Shown here: piece after piece, positions 50,528 to 63,089 of the stretch | Layout of the letters: each line of letters opens with the position of its first letter | Position numbering within the stretch: position 1 is the first letter of the stretch | Assembly (NCBI GenBank): GCA_043228905.1 | Contig: JBHGNT010000007.1 | Span: forward strand, 1,550,001 to 1,614,000 | DNA length: 64,000 nucleotides | Direction: 5' to 3' | Source: Azolla caroliniana | Lineage: Eukaryota; Plantae; Polypodiophyta | Position numbers and translations under genes: made by a program | The notes under the pieces: generated by a model | Database searches by the model: none | Told to the model about the DNA's origin: nothing | The model's input: only the letters and a program-made list of their open reading frames with translations

Positions 50528-53500
50528 TGACAGGAACTAAACACTCCCCTATACGCAACGCTCGGCCACAACCAAGCTTAGATTCATGCACAGAAAACGG
50601 GAAATGAAAGCACGACACAAAGAGGAGAAGAGTACACAGGAGGTTTACGTGGAAAACCCCAAACTAGGGGAAAAAAAACCACGGCAGCCCACAGGCTGCA
50701 AACTATCACTATGTAAGAATGTACAACAGTGAGTTCATGGAGGCAATGACCTCGTGCTAACGATCTTCGCCACAGGCGGCGGTTACAACTGAGGCAGCGA
50801 CCTCTTTCTCTCTCTCTCTCTCTCTGTACACTGTTACGCACTCCAATCTCGTGCAAAACAAGAATGACAACAACAACTAAAAGTTTGCCCTAAGTCATAT
50901 TTATACTAATATGACTTTTCGGCTATTTACAAATATAGCCATGATGGACTCTCAGAAACATATTTACGAATATGTCTCTTCATCTGGTTCTCACTAGGCC
51001 TGCACCATCCGGCTCTCCGTAGCCGGGTACTCCTCATTCGGTTTTCACCGGGCCTGCACCATCCGGCTCTCCGTAGCCGGGTACTCCTCATCCGGTTCTC
51101 ACCGGGTCTGCACCATCCGGCTCTTCGTAGCCGAGTACTCCTCATCCGGTTCTCACCGGGTCTGCACCATCCGGCTCTCCGTAGCCGGGTACTCCTCATC
51201 CGGTTCTCACCGGGTCTGCACCATCCGGCTCTCCGTAGCCGGGTACTCCTCATCCGGTTCTCACCGGGTCTGCACCATCCGCCTCTCCGTAGCTGGGTAC
51301 TCCTCATCCGGTTTCGGCCTTGGCCGAGTTAGTTCATCAACACCGTTCTTCTCCCTTCCCATTCGGAGGGACCTGTCTCCCAACAACCTCCCCCTTCACT
51401 CCGGCATGGGGTGTCTTACTAGTCCGATCCTCTTACGGCATGCATCCAGCTTGTCGGATATCAGCACTTTGGTCAGCATATTTGACCCGTTCTCGGCCGT
51501 GTGGATCTTCGTCAGTGCGAACTCCTGGTCATCTACTCTTTCCCGGATCCAGTGATATCTGCGCTGGATATGCTTCGTCCGGGAATGGTAGGCCGCATTC
51601 TTAGCAAGGTGGATGGCATTTTGACTGTCGCAATAGAGCCGGTATTCATCTTGCCGGATACTGAGCTCTCCGATGAAGTCCTTCATCCATAAGATTTCCT
51701 TGCCGGCTTCCACAGCCGCCATGTACTCCGCCTCTGTGGTTGACAACGCAACCATCTTCTGCAGCCTCGACTGCCACAAAACAGCTCCCCCTGCATATGT
51801 CATTACATACCCGGATGTGGACCGGCTGGTATCCACATCAGCCGACATGTCCGAATCAGTAAAACCGTCAAGTTGAGGTTTTTCGGAGCCGAATCGGAGA
51901 CACATATGCGAGGTGCTCTTCAAGTACCGGAGTATCCATTTGACCGCGTTCTAGTGCTCCTTGCCGGGATTGCTCATGAACCGGCTCACCACTCCGACTG
52001 CATATCCTATATCCGGTCGGGTACACACCATTGCGTACATTAAGCTCCCGACGGCAGAGGCATATGGAATCTTCATCATATCTGCCTTCTCTGCTTTTGT
52101 CTTCGGGCTTTGCTTACCGGATAACCTGCAGTTTGCCGAAAGTGTCGATCCAACCAGTTTCCCATCTGACATGTTGAACCGGTGAAGCACCTTTATCATG
52201 TACTTCTCCTGTGACAACCATAATTGCTTCTTTGACCGGTTCCGAATGATGTGCATCCCCAACATCTGTCTTGCCGGACCCAAGTCCTTCATTGAGAAGG
52301 TCCGGTTGAGAGCCTTCTTCAGCATCCGTATTTTGACTTGGTCCCGTCTGACAATCAACATGTCATCCACGTACAGAAGGAGTATTAGGAAGTCACCTCC
52401 TTCAAACTTCTTCACAAACACACAGTGATCGGCATGTGTCTTGTGGTACCCTTGATCGGTCATGAAGGAGTCGAACTTCCGGTACCATTGACGGGGAGCC
52501 TGCTTTAGTTCGTACAGGCTCTTCTTCAGCTGCATACTAGGTGCTCCTTCCCTTTCTCTACAAATCCCTCCGGTTGCTGCATGTAGATCTCTTCTTTGAG
52601 GTCGCCGTGAAGGAATGCCGTCTTCACGTCCAGCTGTTCTACCTTGAGGTTCATGCTTGCCACTATACTCAGCACCGTCCGGATGGAGGTCATCTTTACT
52701 ACCGGGGCAAATATCTCGTCAAAATCCACGCCCTTTTTCTGCTGGAACCCCTTCACCACGATCCTGGCTTTGTATCTCGGGGGGTTGCCGGCATCTCCCG
52801 GTATCAACTTGTACACCCACTTGTTTCGGAGTGCCCGCTTTCCTTTCGGCAACTCCACCAATTCGTACGTATGGTTCTCATGCAGGGAATCCATCTCATC
52901 CTGCATGGCACTTAACCATTTGCGGCTGTGGGTGTCATCCTTCGCTTCTTCGAAGCTTTCCGGCTCCCCCTCATCGGTCAGCAGAACATGCTTTGCATCC
53001 GGAAATCTCTGGGGGGCCCTTCTCTCTCTGAGAGGATATCTTCGTCTTTGGGCTTCGGTAACCGGCTCCTCCATTTGCTCTTCATCCGAATCCGATTTGG
53101 GGTCTTGGCCGGTTCCGGATTCGGCTTCCTCTACTTCTTCTTCAGCCTATTCGGTATCCACACCGTATCCGGCTGGTTCTTTGAGTGCTAACCGGTCTCT
53201 TGCCGGTTGGGTCCGCTCATCGTAGAATCTATCCTTACCGGTCGACTCAGAGTTCAGTATCTTCTTCTCCGACTCCCAGTCGGCGAGCGTCTTGTCCTCC
53301 ATGAAGATAATATCTCGACTCCGGAATACCTGAGCTTCTCCTAGAGCTCATGAGCCTTGCTCTCTTCATTGAAGTTGTTGTACAGGCTCATGTCGATGAA
53401 GCACCGTATGTACGCCGTTGTCTTCATGTGCATCACCTCCCATATCGCGGCGTCGATTTTGTCCGGTCTCTTGTCCCCGAACTGAACCGGCAGCCAGAGG

Positions 53501-54343
53501 TCTTTAACCACGAGCATGTCCCTCATCTTCGACTTTCACACCGAATAGTTGGAGCCGGTGAGCTTGAACATGCCGCCAAACGATTCGTCCATATTTCTGT
53601 GTCGTTTTGCTCTGATACCACTTGATGGGAACTCAACGCTCCTTATGTCCAACGCTCGGCCACAACCGAGATTCTTTTCATACACAGAAAACAGGAAACG
53701 GAAAAACACGCGACACAAAAGGAGAGAAGAGGTACACAAGAGGTTTACGTGGAAAACCTCAAACTAGGGGAAAAACCACGGCAGCCCACAGGCTGCAAAC
53801 TATCACTATGATGGAATGTACAACAATGAGTTCATTGAGGCACCGACCTCGTGCTCACAGATCTTCGCCAGAGGCGGCGGTTACAACAGAGGCAACAACC
53901 TCTTTCTCTCTCTCTCTCTCTCTCTCTCTGTACAGTTACGCACACACTCTATTCTTGCACCAACAAGAATGACAACAACCACAACCACCTAAAAGTTTGC
54001 CCTAAGTCATATTTATACTAATATGACTTTTCGGCTATTTACAAATGTAGCCTCGATGGGCTCTTAGAAACATATTTACGAATATGTCTCTTCCTCCGGT
54101 TCTCACCGGTTCTGCACCATCCGGCTCTCCGTAGCCAGGTACTCCTCATCCGGTTCACACCGGGCCTGCACCATCCGGCTTTCCGTAGCCGGGTACTCCT
54201 CATCCGGTTCACACCGGGCCTGCACCATCCGGCTCTCCGTAGCCGGGTACTCCTCATCCGGTTCACACCGGGCCTGCACCATCTGGCTCTCCGTAGCCGG
54301 GTACTTCTCTTCCGGTTTCGGCCGAGGGACCTGTCTCCCAACA
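50528..54343 (-). mobile_element. Deleted, probably chimeric Ty1/Copia element I (LTRs 50528-51385 and 53623-54343)
   Basis: PBS iMet 53608-53620; short gag joined to the integrase C-terminus at ~53330; RT/RNaseH ORFs 51396-53074; LTRs clearly diverged and flanks unmatched (AAGAA vs GAACC). Confidence 0.85.
50981..51315. repeat. 54-bp tandem repeat (~6 copies; ~4 copies at 54095-54315) in U3 of the Copia I LTRs
   Basis: Unit CCATCCGGCTCTCCGTAGCCGGGTACTCCTCATCCGGTTCTCACCGGGTCTGCA; produces the 18-aa periodic ORF 50927-51307. Confidence 0.9.
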
Positions 54344-57245
54344 GAACCTCCGTACCTCCGTGACCGAGTTACAATCGGGCTTCATTGCGGAGATGGCTTC
54401 CACCTTAGCCGGAGACGGTTTCCGGCCATACGGTCTGCATAGATGTCCGACGACCATGATCTCTGATTGCCCGAAGGCCGATTTCTCCCCGGAGAAGGTG
54501 AGCCTCGCGTCCTCTAGCCTCTGCAGCACCCTCTTGCAGTCGTCAATGTGTGTCACCACGAATTTCCGGCATCCGTCCGATCCGATCGTTTCGTCCTTTT
54601 CCTCCACCGGACATCCCTTGATCGGGATGTCGTCCAAGAATGGCATGGTGATGTCCGGGATACAATCCCTCAGCACCTTGTTCATCGCATTCACCATGTG
54701 GGCCACCGAGTTCGTCCCTCCTTGTGGCAGGGTACACATCCGCACTAGGCCGAGAGGAGTCCGCATGGTCATAATGTCTTTGCTCTCTACGGCTAGTTGG
54801 AACTGATCGTACCCCGAGTACAGATCACCGACCGAGTAGATCGACCTTCCGGCGAAGGCCTCCGCGAACTCGTCTATCGTTGGTCCGATTCCTGCGTTCC
54901 GAATGGTCACTCTGTTGACCGGTTGCAGGTCTTGAATGAAGCGCAACGTCCCGTTCTTCTTTGGTACGGTAAACCACCGGTTCGAGTACGGGGCAGTCGA
55001 CGGTTCGAGGATGCCCATATCGACTTTCTGCCTCAACAGCTCCATCAGCTCCGGGATGTGAGCTCTCGGTACCGGAATTGGTTTGAGATTCCACGGCACA
55101 TGCGGTACCGTGAATATCACCATCGGCTTCACGACTGTCGGGTCTACGCACCCGATCTCTTCCGGTGAGAATGCGAAGGCTTTCCCGTGCCTTCCGAGCA
55201 TTCTCCGAAACCGGTCTTCTTCCGCCGGCAGTAGGAACCCGCCCCCACCGATTTTGAGCTCCCGTAGCGTTCTGTCGGTGAAGGTGTGTCCTATGCAGGC
55301 CGGATCTCGTAAACTAGGGTCCGACACGACCCCCTTGATTCGCAACTCGCTGCCCTCCGGTAAGGGTGCCGCGACTGGCCTTACCTTCCGGTCTACAGTC
55401 TTGTACTTCGTGTTAACCCGGGCCGTCCGATCCGACTCGAGCCCCCGACTGAAGTCCGCGATGACTTCGTACATCTCTTCTGAACAAACCAGTATCGTCC
55501 GGTCCTCTTTTAGGCCCTCTCCGACCACCTCTCGCAGTATTCCCAAGGTATCGTCGAAGGAGACCGCCTCCACGGTTCCGTTGATTTCCTCGCTGGGCCC
55601 GAGAACTCCGCACGCCCGAAGTCGCTCTTCTGCCCTTGTCTTTTCTCGGCCAACGACGCCGACTATCGTACAACCTTCGTTGTCGGAGAAACAAAACTTC
55701 CTACTTATGGTACAAGGTTTCTTCGGTTTCACCTCTATCGTACATTTGTGGGGTTTTCCCGGAGTGTCCGGACTATCGCGGCCCCACACCTTGACAACCC
55801 TCTCTAAAAATCCTGTCAGTTCTTGCCACCGAGGGACTCGCGGTTTCGCTCGTGGTTCGGTCGCACCGTCAGGAACTTGACCGAATGACGCCCGTCCTGA
55901 CTCTTGACCCTCGCGTAAGCCGACCCGTTGTCTTGCACCTTGGTCTCCATCCGCGCTGCCGTAATGTACGGTTCTCCCAGTATGATCGGGTGCTAGGATG
56001 TCTCCTGCACAAAGAAGTGCTGGTCTATCTCGACGTCGCCGATCTTGACTCGCACGTTTGGGCAGGCCCCTTGTAGTTCCTCGGTGGCGCGCGTCGCCGC
56101 CCGTATCTTCCACCCGTGCTTGGTGTTGATCGGCCATTTCCCCTTCTTGTAGAGGTCCATGGACATCAGGTTTATTTCCGAACCGTGGTCCACAAGTGCC
56201 ACCACCGGTTCCTGAACATCTCCGATCTTCACCGGGGTTTCCGTGGTCGCTCGGGCCCAGTGTGGCCTCGAATAGTGGCTCTCCGCCCACTCGTCTTCCA
56301 GCGCCATGTCCTCTATGTGCGTCGTCCGCACCTTCACCGGCCTTTCCGGTTCTGTCTCCGTCGACAGCCTCTTCCTCTTCACCAAGTCTACGATGGAGTC
56401 GTGGAACTCCTTCTTGGCGATTCCGAGCACCTCCCGCAACGACAGTTCCACCTTGCTGTCGAGGATTCGTTCTTCCAGGACCTTTCGTAGGTCCGTGGTC
56501 CTTTCGATCTTCGTGCCCAACCGGTATCTGCCCTTCTTGTGGTTATCCCGGGCACTGGTCTCACCAGCCTCGTTCCGTTTTGGCCCGAATCGGGTTTCGT
56601 ATCTCTGTGAGGTTCCGGCCCCTCCGGTTTTACCTACCCGTTTGTCTTCAACCAGAGCCTCGTAGTTCTAGCAAGCTGCTTCGACGAAACCCGTCTTTTC
56701 TTCGACCGGGTCACTCCACCCGGTTACCACTTGGACCCGCTTCTCCGCGCGGTCCGCCTCGTCTTTCCTTAGTCGGGCACCGACGAGGCCTTCCAGCATC
56801 GTCGGCCAGAACCCGGCTTTGCTCCCCTTCCGGGCCTCGCTGCCTCCGACCCGAATACCGGCTGACGCCGAGTAGTGGACGGTCTCTGCGTGCCGGGCCG
56901 CCGCCTCTTCCATCAGCCTTTTCATTCCTCCTCGCCCGTGGTTTTGGTTCAGGGCCCTCCGGGTATCGCTGGCGTGCATCCGACCTTCCCACAGGTACAC
57001 TACCCGGCTTCTCAAAGCCTCCGCAAAGTCCCTACAGTCTTTCCGGATGTGGCCGACCTCGTCGCACCACATGCACTTATTTCCTGCGGGAGGCCGTCGG
57101 TCACGAGCCTGTTCACCGCCTTCCCTCCGAGCCTGGGCGATTTGGAGATCCTTTACCGCCCATGTCAACTCCTCCAAAGTTGTTCCCCCGGACGAGCCTC
57201 TGACCACGCCGGTCGAAGCCAAACCGGTTTCGAGCCACTCCCCGC
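54344..57245 (-). mobile_element. Truncated Ty3/Gypsy J (B family): gag end, protease, RT
   Basis: ORFs 56668-57546 (part), 55993-56520 and 54263-56290 are closely similar to the B proteins. Confidence 0.9.
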
Positions 57246-57385
57246 GGTGACACGCGCTACGGAGGAGCTGCATGGTGCGTGCCCGAATGTACACGTAAAG
57301 ATCAACGACATTGAGATAGATCAACACTTCTTTGTGCAGGAGACCTCCTCGCACCTGGTGATACTCGTAGAGCCATTCCTTACGG

Positions 57386-59750
57386 TGTCTTGAAGATTTC
57401 GGGCCACATTGAGGATCGGCAAGGTGCACCATGTGCACCCACCCTTGTACAGAATTAGCATAGGGGCTAGGGGTTGCCTTTGTGGTGCCGAATAGGCAAT
57501 AATGTTGGGACAGAGGATCCCATGTAATATGGGATTTATCCCACATTGCAACGTCTCTCTCTCCTTGGGCTATAAAAGGAAGGGAGGGGTCTCTTGTATG
57601 GGGTTACCCATTTTGAGTTAGGAGGGTATACCGTTAGATTTAGGTTAGGTAGTTTCTTCTCTTCTTTTTCATCGTATGGGTCGAGAGTTTGTGTCTGTTT
57701 AGGGTTTGTTTCTACTCGGTCTCCTGTACAAGACCCCGCTCGGCGTGACGAGCCCAAGAGCTCCCCCGATCTGCGGCTTGGCATCAGACTGTTGTTGTAA
57801 CCTAACCTACCTTGGTCCGGCTCGAAGCCGGGGATGTATTCTTTCCCTTGTAATATACATACTCGTATTTGTTTGTGCATATTGGTGTATTTGGTGGTGT
57901 CGGAAGCACAAGCCCTTGCTTCCTGTGCATAAGAGTCGGTGTCACGTGCACACTCTCCCTCTCCTTTGTCTCTCTCGTGTTCGGTTGCATCTGGGTCGTG
58001 TCCAGTGTCGGGTTTCTTGGCATCCCTTTTCTACCTCGTCTGAGGCCCCCGTGGTCCCGCCCCTTCTACACGCACACACGTAACAACGCGACATATTCGG
58101 TGAACCCGACGTGAAGGGTGGCAAGGGAGGATGGAGTTGGAAGAAGACGACTTCGCGCAACTTTTTGTCGAAGCGGTGAGGGAGTTTGGATGAGCAACAA
58201 CAAGAAGGGAGACGGCGCAGCAAGCTACTGAGCGAGTGGTCGAAAGAGTCCCATTCTACTTGGAAGCCTACAACGCAGAAATGGAGGAGCGAGACGTGGA
58301 TGAGGCGTTGAGGCTGGAGTTCTTCTGTCGGGTCGTCGTCGTCCGTATGCACGTGGAAGTAAAGGAGCTCCGAGAAGCTCATATTTCGTGGGAGGCCTTC
58401 GAAGAGGCGCTCCTCCAGGCATATGGAGGACGTTGGAAGAGCCAGGGACGACGCGGCTTCGAACAGTGGGTTGCGTCGGCGAAGAACCAGCGGGGCGCAA
58501 CGAAGGCGTTCCGAGAGTTCGAGTGACGGATTGCTCAGCTCCCGGAGCAGGAACAAGGTTTGGTGGGGGCGGACAAAGTCTTGTTGTTCTTTAGGTTGAT
58601 CGACCAAGCGGAACGAGAGGCCATCGGGATTGAGCTTGAAGACGATGACAGAGTGAATGGCCTTACGGAGGATTGGTCGAAGGTCGGAAGGGTATGCCAA
58701 CGGCTAGATGACGAGCGAGCCGAGAAGGCTAAGAGGAAGGCGCGCGACGGCGTGCCATCACATCAGGAAGAAGATAATCGACAGTATAGACAAGTCCGGC
58801 GGAATCGGACATTGGAGAATCAAGCCCAGGCGGGGCTTGATCGATCATGGAGCAGATGCTTTGCCCGGATGAGTCGTCGGGAGTCGTTACGAAATCGGTG
58901 TTCCCACATCTTGACCGGAGACTTCGGTAGTTCGGCTGGCATGACAACGTGAGACCGAAAGAGATGGAAGATGGAGGCGGGAACGTAGCAAGGAGAGGGA
59001 TGACGAGTTCGGGAGAAGTACAAGGGACGAAGCGGAGAGCGAAGACCGGTCCTATGGGTCACGTCACACCGGATCTAGAGACTTCGGCGGTTGGCATCGG
59101 GTCCAACGTAAGACCAAGATACTGACGGTGGCGGCAGGAGAATGGGACCCGGCAATGCGAAGTGACGGACAGACCCGGTCAAGGACTGGGCGGAGCGGAC
59201 TTCCGGATAATCGACCCGGAAGGGAGGAACAGACAGGCCAGTAGAAGAGGCCGGTAACCGGTACATCGGTACCACGGGAGAGGGTGTGGAGCAAGCCACC
59301 CTCTCGACACGCGAAGAAGCAAGACACAGGATAAGGGTCAGAGATACGACAAGCCTGAGGAGGATCCTTCACACCGGTTCTAGACACTCCGGCGGTTGGC
59401 CTGAGAGCCGGCGTGAGACCTAGAGTAGCGAACGGTGGCGGCGAGGGGACAAAGGGAAAGGGACTGCGAATGGGCGGTCTACGAAAATCCTCACACCGAT
59501 CCGGTGGTCGACCCGAGTGTCGGCATGAGTCCTATAGGAAAGGACGGTGGCGGCAGGTGAACGTGACCAGCAGAAGAGGCCGACGCAAAGGTCGGGACTA
59601 CGGCAAGCGGTGTTGCCATGACCTTACACACACCGGTTCTAGACACTTCAGTAGCCGGCAACGAGAGCCGGCGTGAGACCTAAAGAGAAGAACGGTGGCG
59701 GCGGCAAGGCGGGCAACCGAGACGGAAAAGGGGAGGTCCCATGAAGAAAG
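57386..59750 (+). mobile_element. A-family gag-only element K (5' LTR 57386-58093, PBS-Trp remnant, degenerate gag, repeats), 3'-truncated
   Basis: LTR homologous to 22633ff and ending AACGCGACA, followed by CGGTGAACCCGACGTGA; gag YLEAYNAEM...; preceded by a plus-strand protease fragment at 57246-57385. Confidence 0.85.
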
Positions 59751-59754
59751 GATC

Positions 59755-61288
59755 ATCCTTGGGCCTCTCGTCTTTCCCGACCCTATCCCGGGTTGTCCTT
59801 CTCCGCATGTCGAGAGGGTGGCTTGCTCCGCACCCTCTCCCTTGGTAACGATGTACCGTGTTCTGGCCTCTTTGTAGGCCTGTTTCCTCCTCCCTTCCGG
59901 ATCGGTTATCCGGAAGTCTGCTCTCTCGATTCTCATCTAGGCTCGTCTGATCTCTCTTTGCATCACCGGATCCCGTTCTCCTTCCGCCACTGTCAGTATC
60001 TTGGTCTTACGTTGGATCCGATGCCAACTGCCAAAGTCTCTAGCCCGGTGTGAGGTGACCCATAGGACCGGTCTTCATTCCTCCGCTTCTGTGTTGTTCT
60101 CTCGAACTTGTCGTCGACCTTCTTGTTGTGCTCCCGCCTCCATCTTCCATCTCTCTAGGTCTCATGTCGGCTATCGGGCCGGCTGCCGGAGTCTCCGGAT
60201 GAGATGTGGGGGTATCGATTCCGAAACGGCTCCTGACGACTTGTCCAAGGCCATTGACCCTTTTAGTGGTGTCGGTGGAAAGCATCCGCTCTATGATTGA
60301 TCAAGCCCCACCTAGGGTTGATTCTCCAATGTCCGGAGTTTCGGCTCCGATGCCGATCCCGCCGGACTCGTTCCGTACCCTCGATCATCTTCTTCCCGAT
60401 TCCGGACCTTCGCCCGGTCGGTCTTTCTCCCCCATGTAAAAGAGGGTGGCTTGTCCCGCACCCTCTCCCGTATCAGCACCTTCCTACCGAACCTAGCCCC
60501 TGTCGATCGACTCTACTGCCTCTCCCTTGTCTTCCGTGTCTCCGACCGGTTTCGGTTGAATGATCCACATCCGGATCGTGCTCCATCTGAATCGGAATGC
60601 TGACCAGTTCGATCCCTAGGCGGGTCGACTTCCGATTTCGCTTCCCTCGGCGCCGCCTCTCATTCCGTCCTTCTTTTCTGTTGCGGCTTCGTCCTCGACC
60701 TCCTCGTAGGCCGTTTCCCATCCATCTTCGCTAGCATCATGCCAGGACTCCTCGCTGGCACCTTCCATCTCTCCGGTCTTATGCCGGCACACGAGCTCGA
60801 CTGCCGGAGTCTCCGGATTCCACGTGGAGGGCTCTTCTCCGCTCCCGACCTCCTCCTCGGCTGGTCTTTCTCCGCAAGTGGAGAGGGCGTCTCGCTCCAC
60901 ACCCTCTCCCGTGGTACTGTCGTACCATTCTACGGCCTCTGCCTGGGCCATGTCCGACTTGTTCGGAAGGCCGACTAGCTCCGAGTCTTCAGAATCCACC
61001 TGCGTGCCGAATCTCTCTTCTTTGTCGACCATCGCCTTCAGAGCCTCGTACGCTTCTCGGACCAAGGCTTCGACATCGAGCTTTGCTGATCCTTCTTGTT
61101 GCATGCCCGCTTCATGCCGTGATGACACGTCGTCGCACGTTATGTTACTTTTGCCTTTCGCGGACCGCTCCTCATCCAACCGTCAGCATACTTGTTCGAC
61201 TTCTGACCAGTCCTCGGTAAGGCCATTCGCTCCGTCGTCGTCTTTGAGCTCAATTTCGATGGCCTCCCGTTCTGCTCGCTCGATCGAC
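59755..61288 (-). mobile_element. Inverted A-family internal fragment
   Basis: ORF 60616-61179 contains ESWHDASEDGWET, as in A (34294-34695); same repeat units on the minus strand. Confidence 0.75.
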
Positions 61289-62540
61289 CTAATTCCCCTT
61301 TTTGTAGGAGTCCATGGACATCAGGTTGATCTCCGAGCCGTGGTCTATCAATTTCACCACCGGCTCATGCACGTCCCCAACCTAGACAAGGGTCTCCGTA
61401 GTGGCTCTGGCCTAATGCGGATTCACGTAGTAGTTGTCCGCCAACTCATCCTCTAGGGCCGTGTCCTAGAGTGCCTCTGCGAAATCCGCACATTCTTTCT
61501 GGATGTCACTGACAACGTCACACCACATGCATCGTTGCCCCGTCAACGGCCCCTAGTCACGAGGTTGGTTGTCGTCGTCCCTCTGTGCTTGTGCAATCTG
61601 GAGGTCGCGCACCATTTGCGTCAACTCTTCCAGAGCCGCTCCTCCGAAAGAGCCTTGGACCACTCCACTCAAGGCAGGGCCCGTCTTGAGCCGATTCCGA
61701 GTCTCTTCCTTCCCAGCCGGCACCGATATCGGCTCCTCGAGCTTCCTCGCCGGGACCGGGCCCAACGCCGTCGAGCCCTCATCACTCCACATGCGCCGCT
61801 TGTCAAAGCGGGCGCAGACCGCTTTGACCATGGCCCAGTCCGCCGTGAGGCCTTCATCCGTCTCCAATAGGAGACCCACCTTCTCCCGATCCAGCGCGTG
61901 CACCGTCTTGACGAACAGCAAGACCCTCCTCGTGTCGAGCATGGTCTGACCCAGCACCAACGACTAAGTGAACCGTTGTTCAAATTCCTAGAGGAGCATC
62001 GACGTGTTCCTCCCCTTCCTAGGGCTCTCAACCCACGCCATGAAGTCCCGCTTCGACAGTCGAAGCGAATCATCGTACCCGTACTTCTCGAGGAGCCGTC
62101 CCTCGAGCTCCACCCAAGCCTGGCATCCGGCCAGCACCTCGAGCACCTCCGCGTGGATGCTCGGCGTCACCGCTCGAGGGAATCCGGACAGCCGCCTGTC
62201 CTTAGGGATATCCCTCATGATCATTTCGGCCCGATAGGCCTCCAAGTAGCTCGTGGCATTCTTCCCACCGAATCGGCCTATGGTGCCAACAATCAATTCT
62301 ATGGCCCTATCAAGGGCACCCGTTCCCTCACGAGCATTTCACTAGCCGATCGACGGCTACTGCCATAGCTTCAGCAAGCTCGGATCCCCTCATCTTCAAC
62401 TCCTTTGCCGCCTTCGTTCACGTCGGGTTCACCAAATGATGTCGTGTTGTTACGCTCTTGCGTGTGAAATGAGGCGGGACCGCGGGGGCCCTGATCCAAG
62501 GAGCATGAGAAAGAAGAGGGAGAGCGATTCACAGAAACAC

Positions 62541-62581
<41 letters not shown>

Positions 62582-63085
62582 CGGGAACAAAAGATTCAAT
62601 TATGATGTCAACAACGATTACAACCGGCAAACCGGAAACAGACCCAAAATGGTGGTCCCACACACACACAAGGACGACACAGAGAACGCACGGTGGAGCC
62701 TCTACTAGAAGCAAACGGGCCCACATGCAGCAGAGGCAACCGACACAAAAACTTAGCGGAGAGCAACGGTTGAGGAGGAGAGAGCTTGGTCCCCACTCCG
62801 ACAGCAGTTCGTCCTCGCCAAAACACGATATCCATATTCTTCTTCTCCCTTCCCTTTTATAGGTCGCCGAGGAGACCGTTACATCAAAACATATCAACTT
62901 TATTCTCTGTCCAAAAGGACAGAGATACGCATCGATTCCCTAGACAATTAATACCCTTCCTAGTACATATGTACATCAGCCGATCTATTCCTAGCTATGT
63001 ACAATTCATAAACACACACGCGCGCGAAAAGGATTGGGTCACGACTCTTCCCCTTGATTCCTCCTAGGGGCAGTTTTCTCCACGT
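61289..63085 (-). mobile_element. B-related Gypsy 5' fragment: partial LTR (62440-~63085), PBS-Trp (62418-62434), gag, protease fragment
   Basis: PBS TGGTGAACCCGACGTGA; gag ORFs 61988-62296 and 61553-61960. Confidence 0.8.
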
Positions 63086-63089
63086 TGGG

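Noticed and set aside
50927-51307. 18-aa repeat protein ORF (also 54039-54341 and 17004-17237)
   Set aside because: It is a translation of the 54-bp/40-bp LTR tandem repeats, with no evidence of coding function
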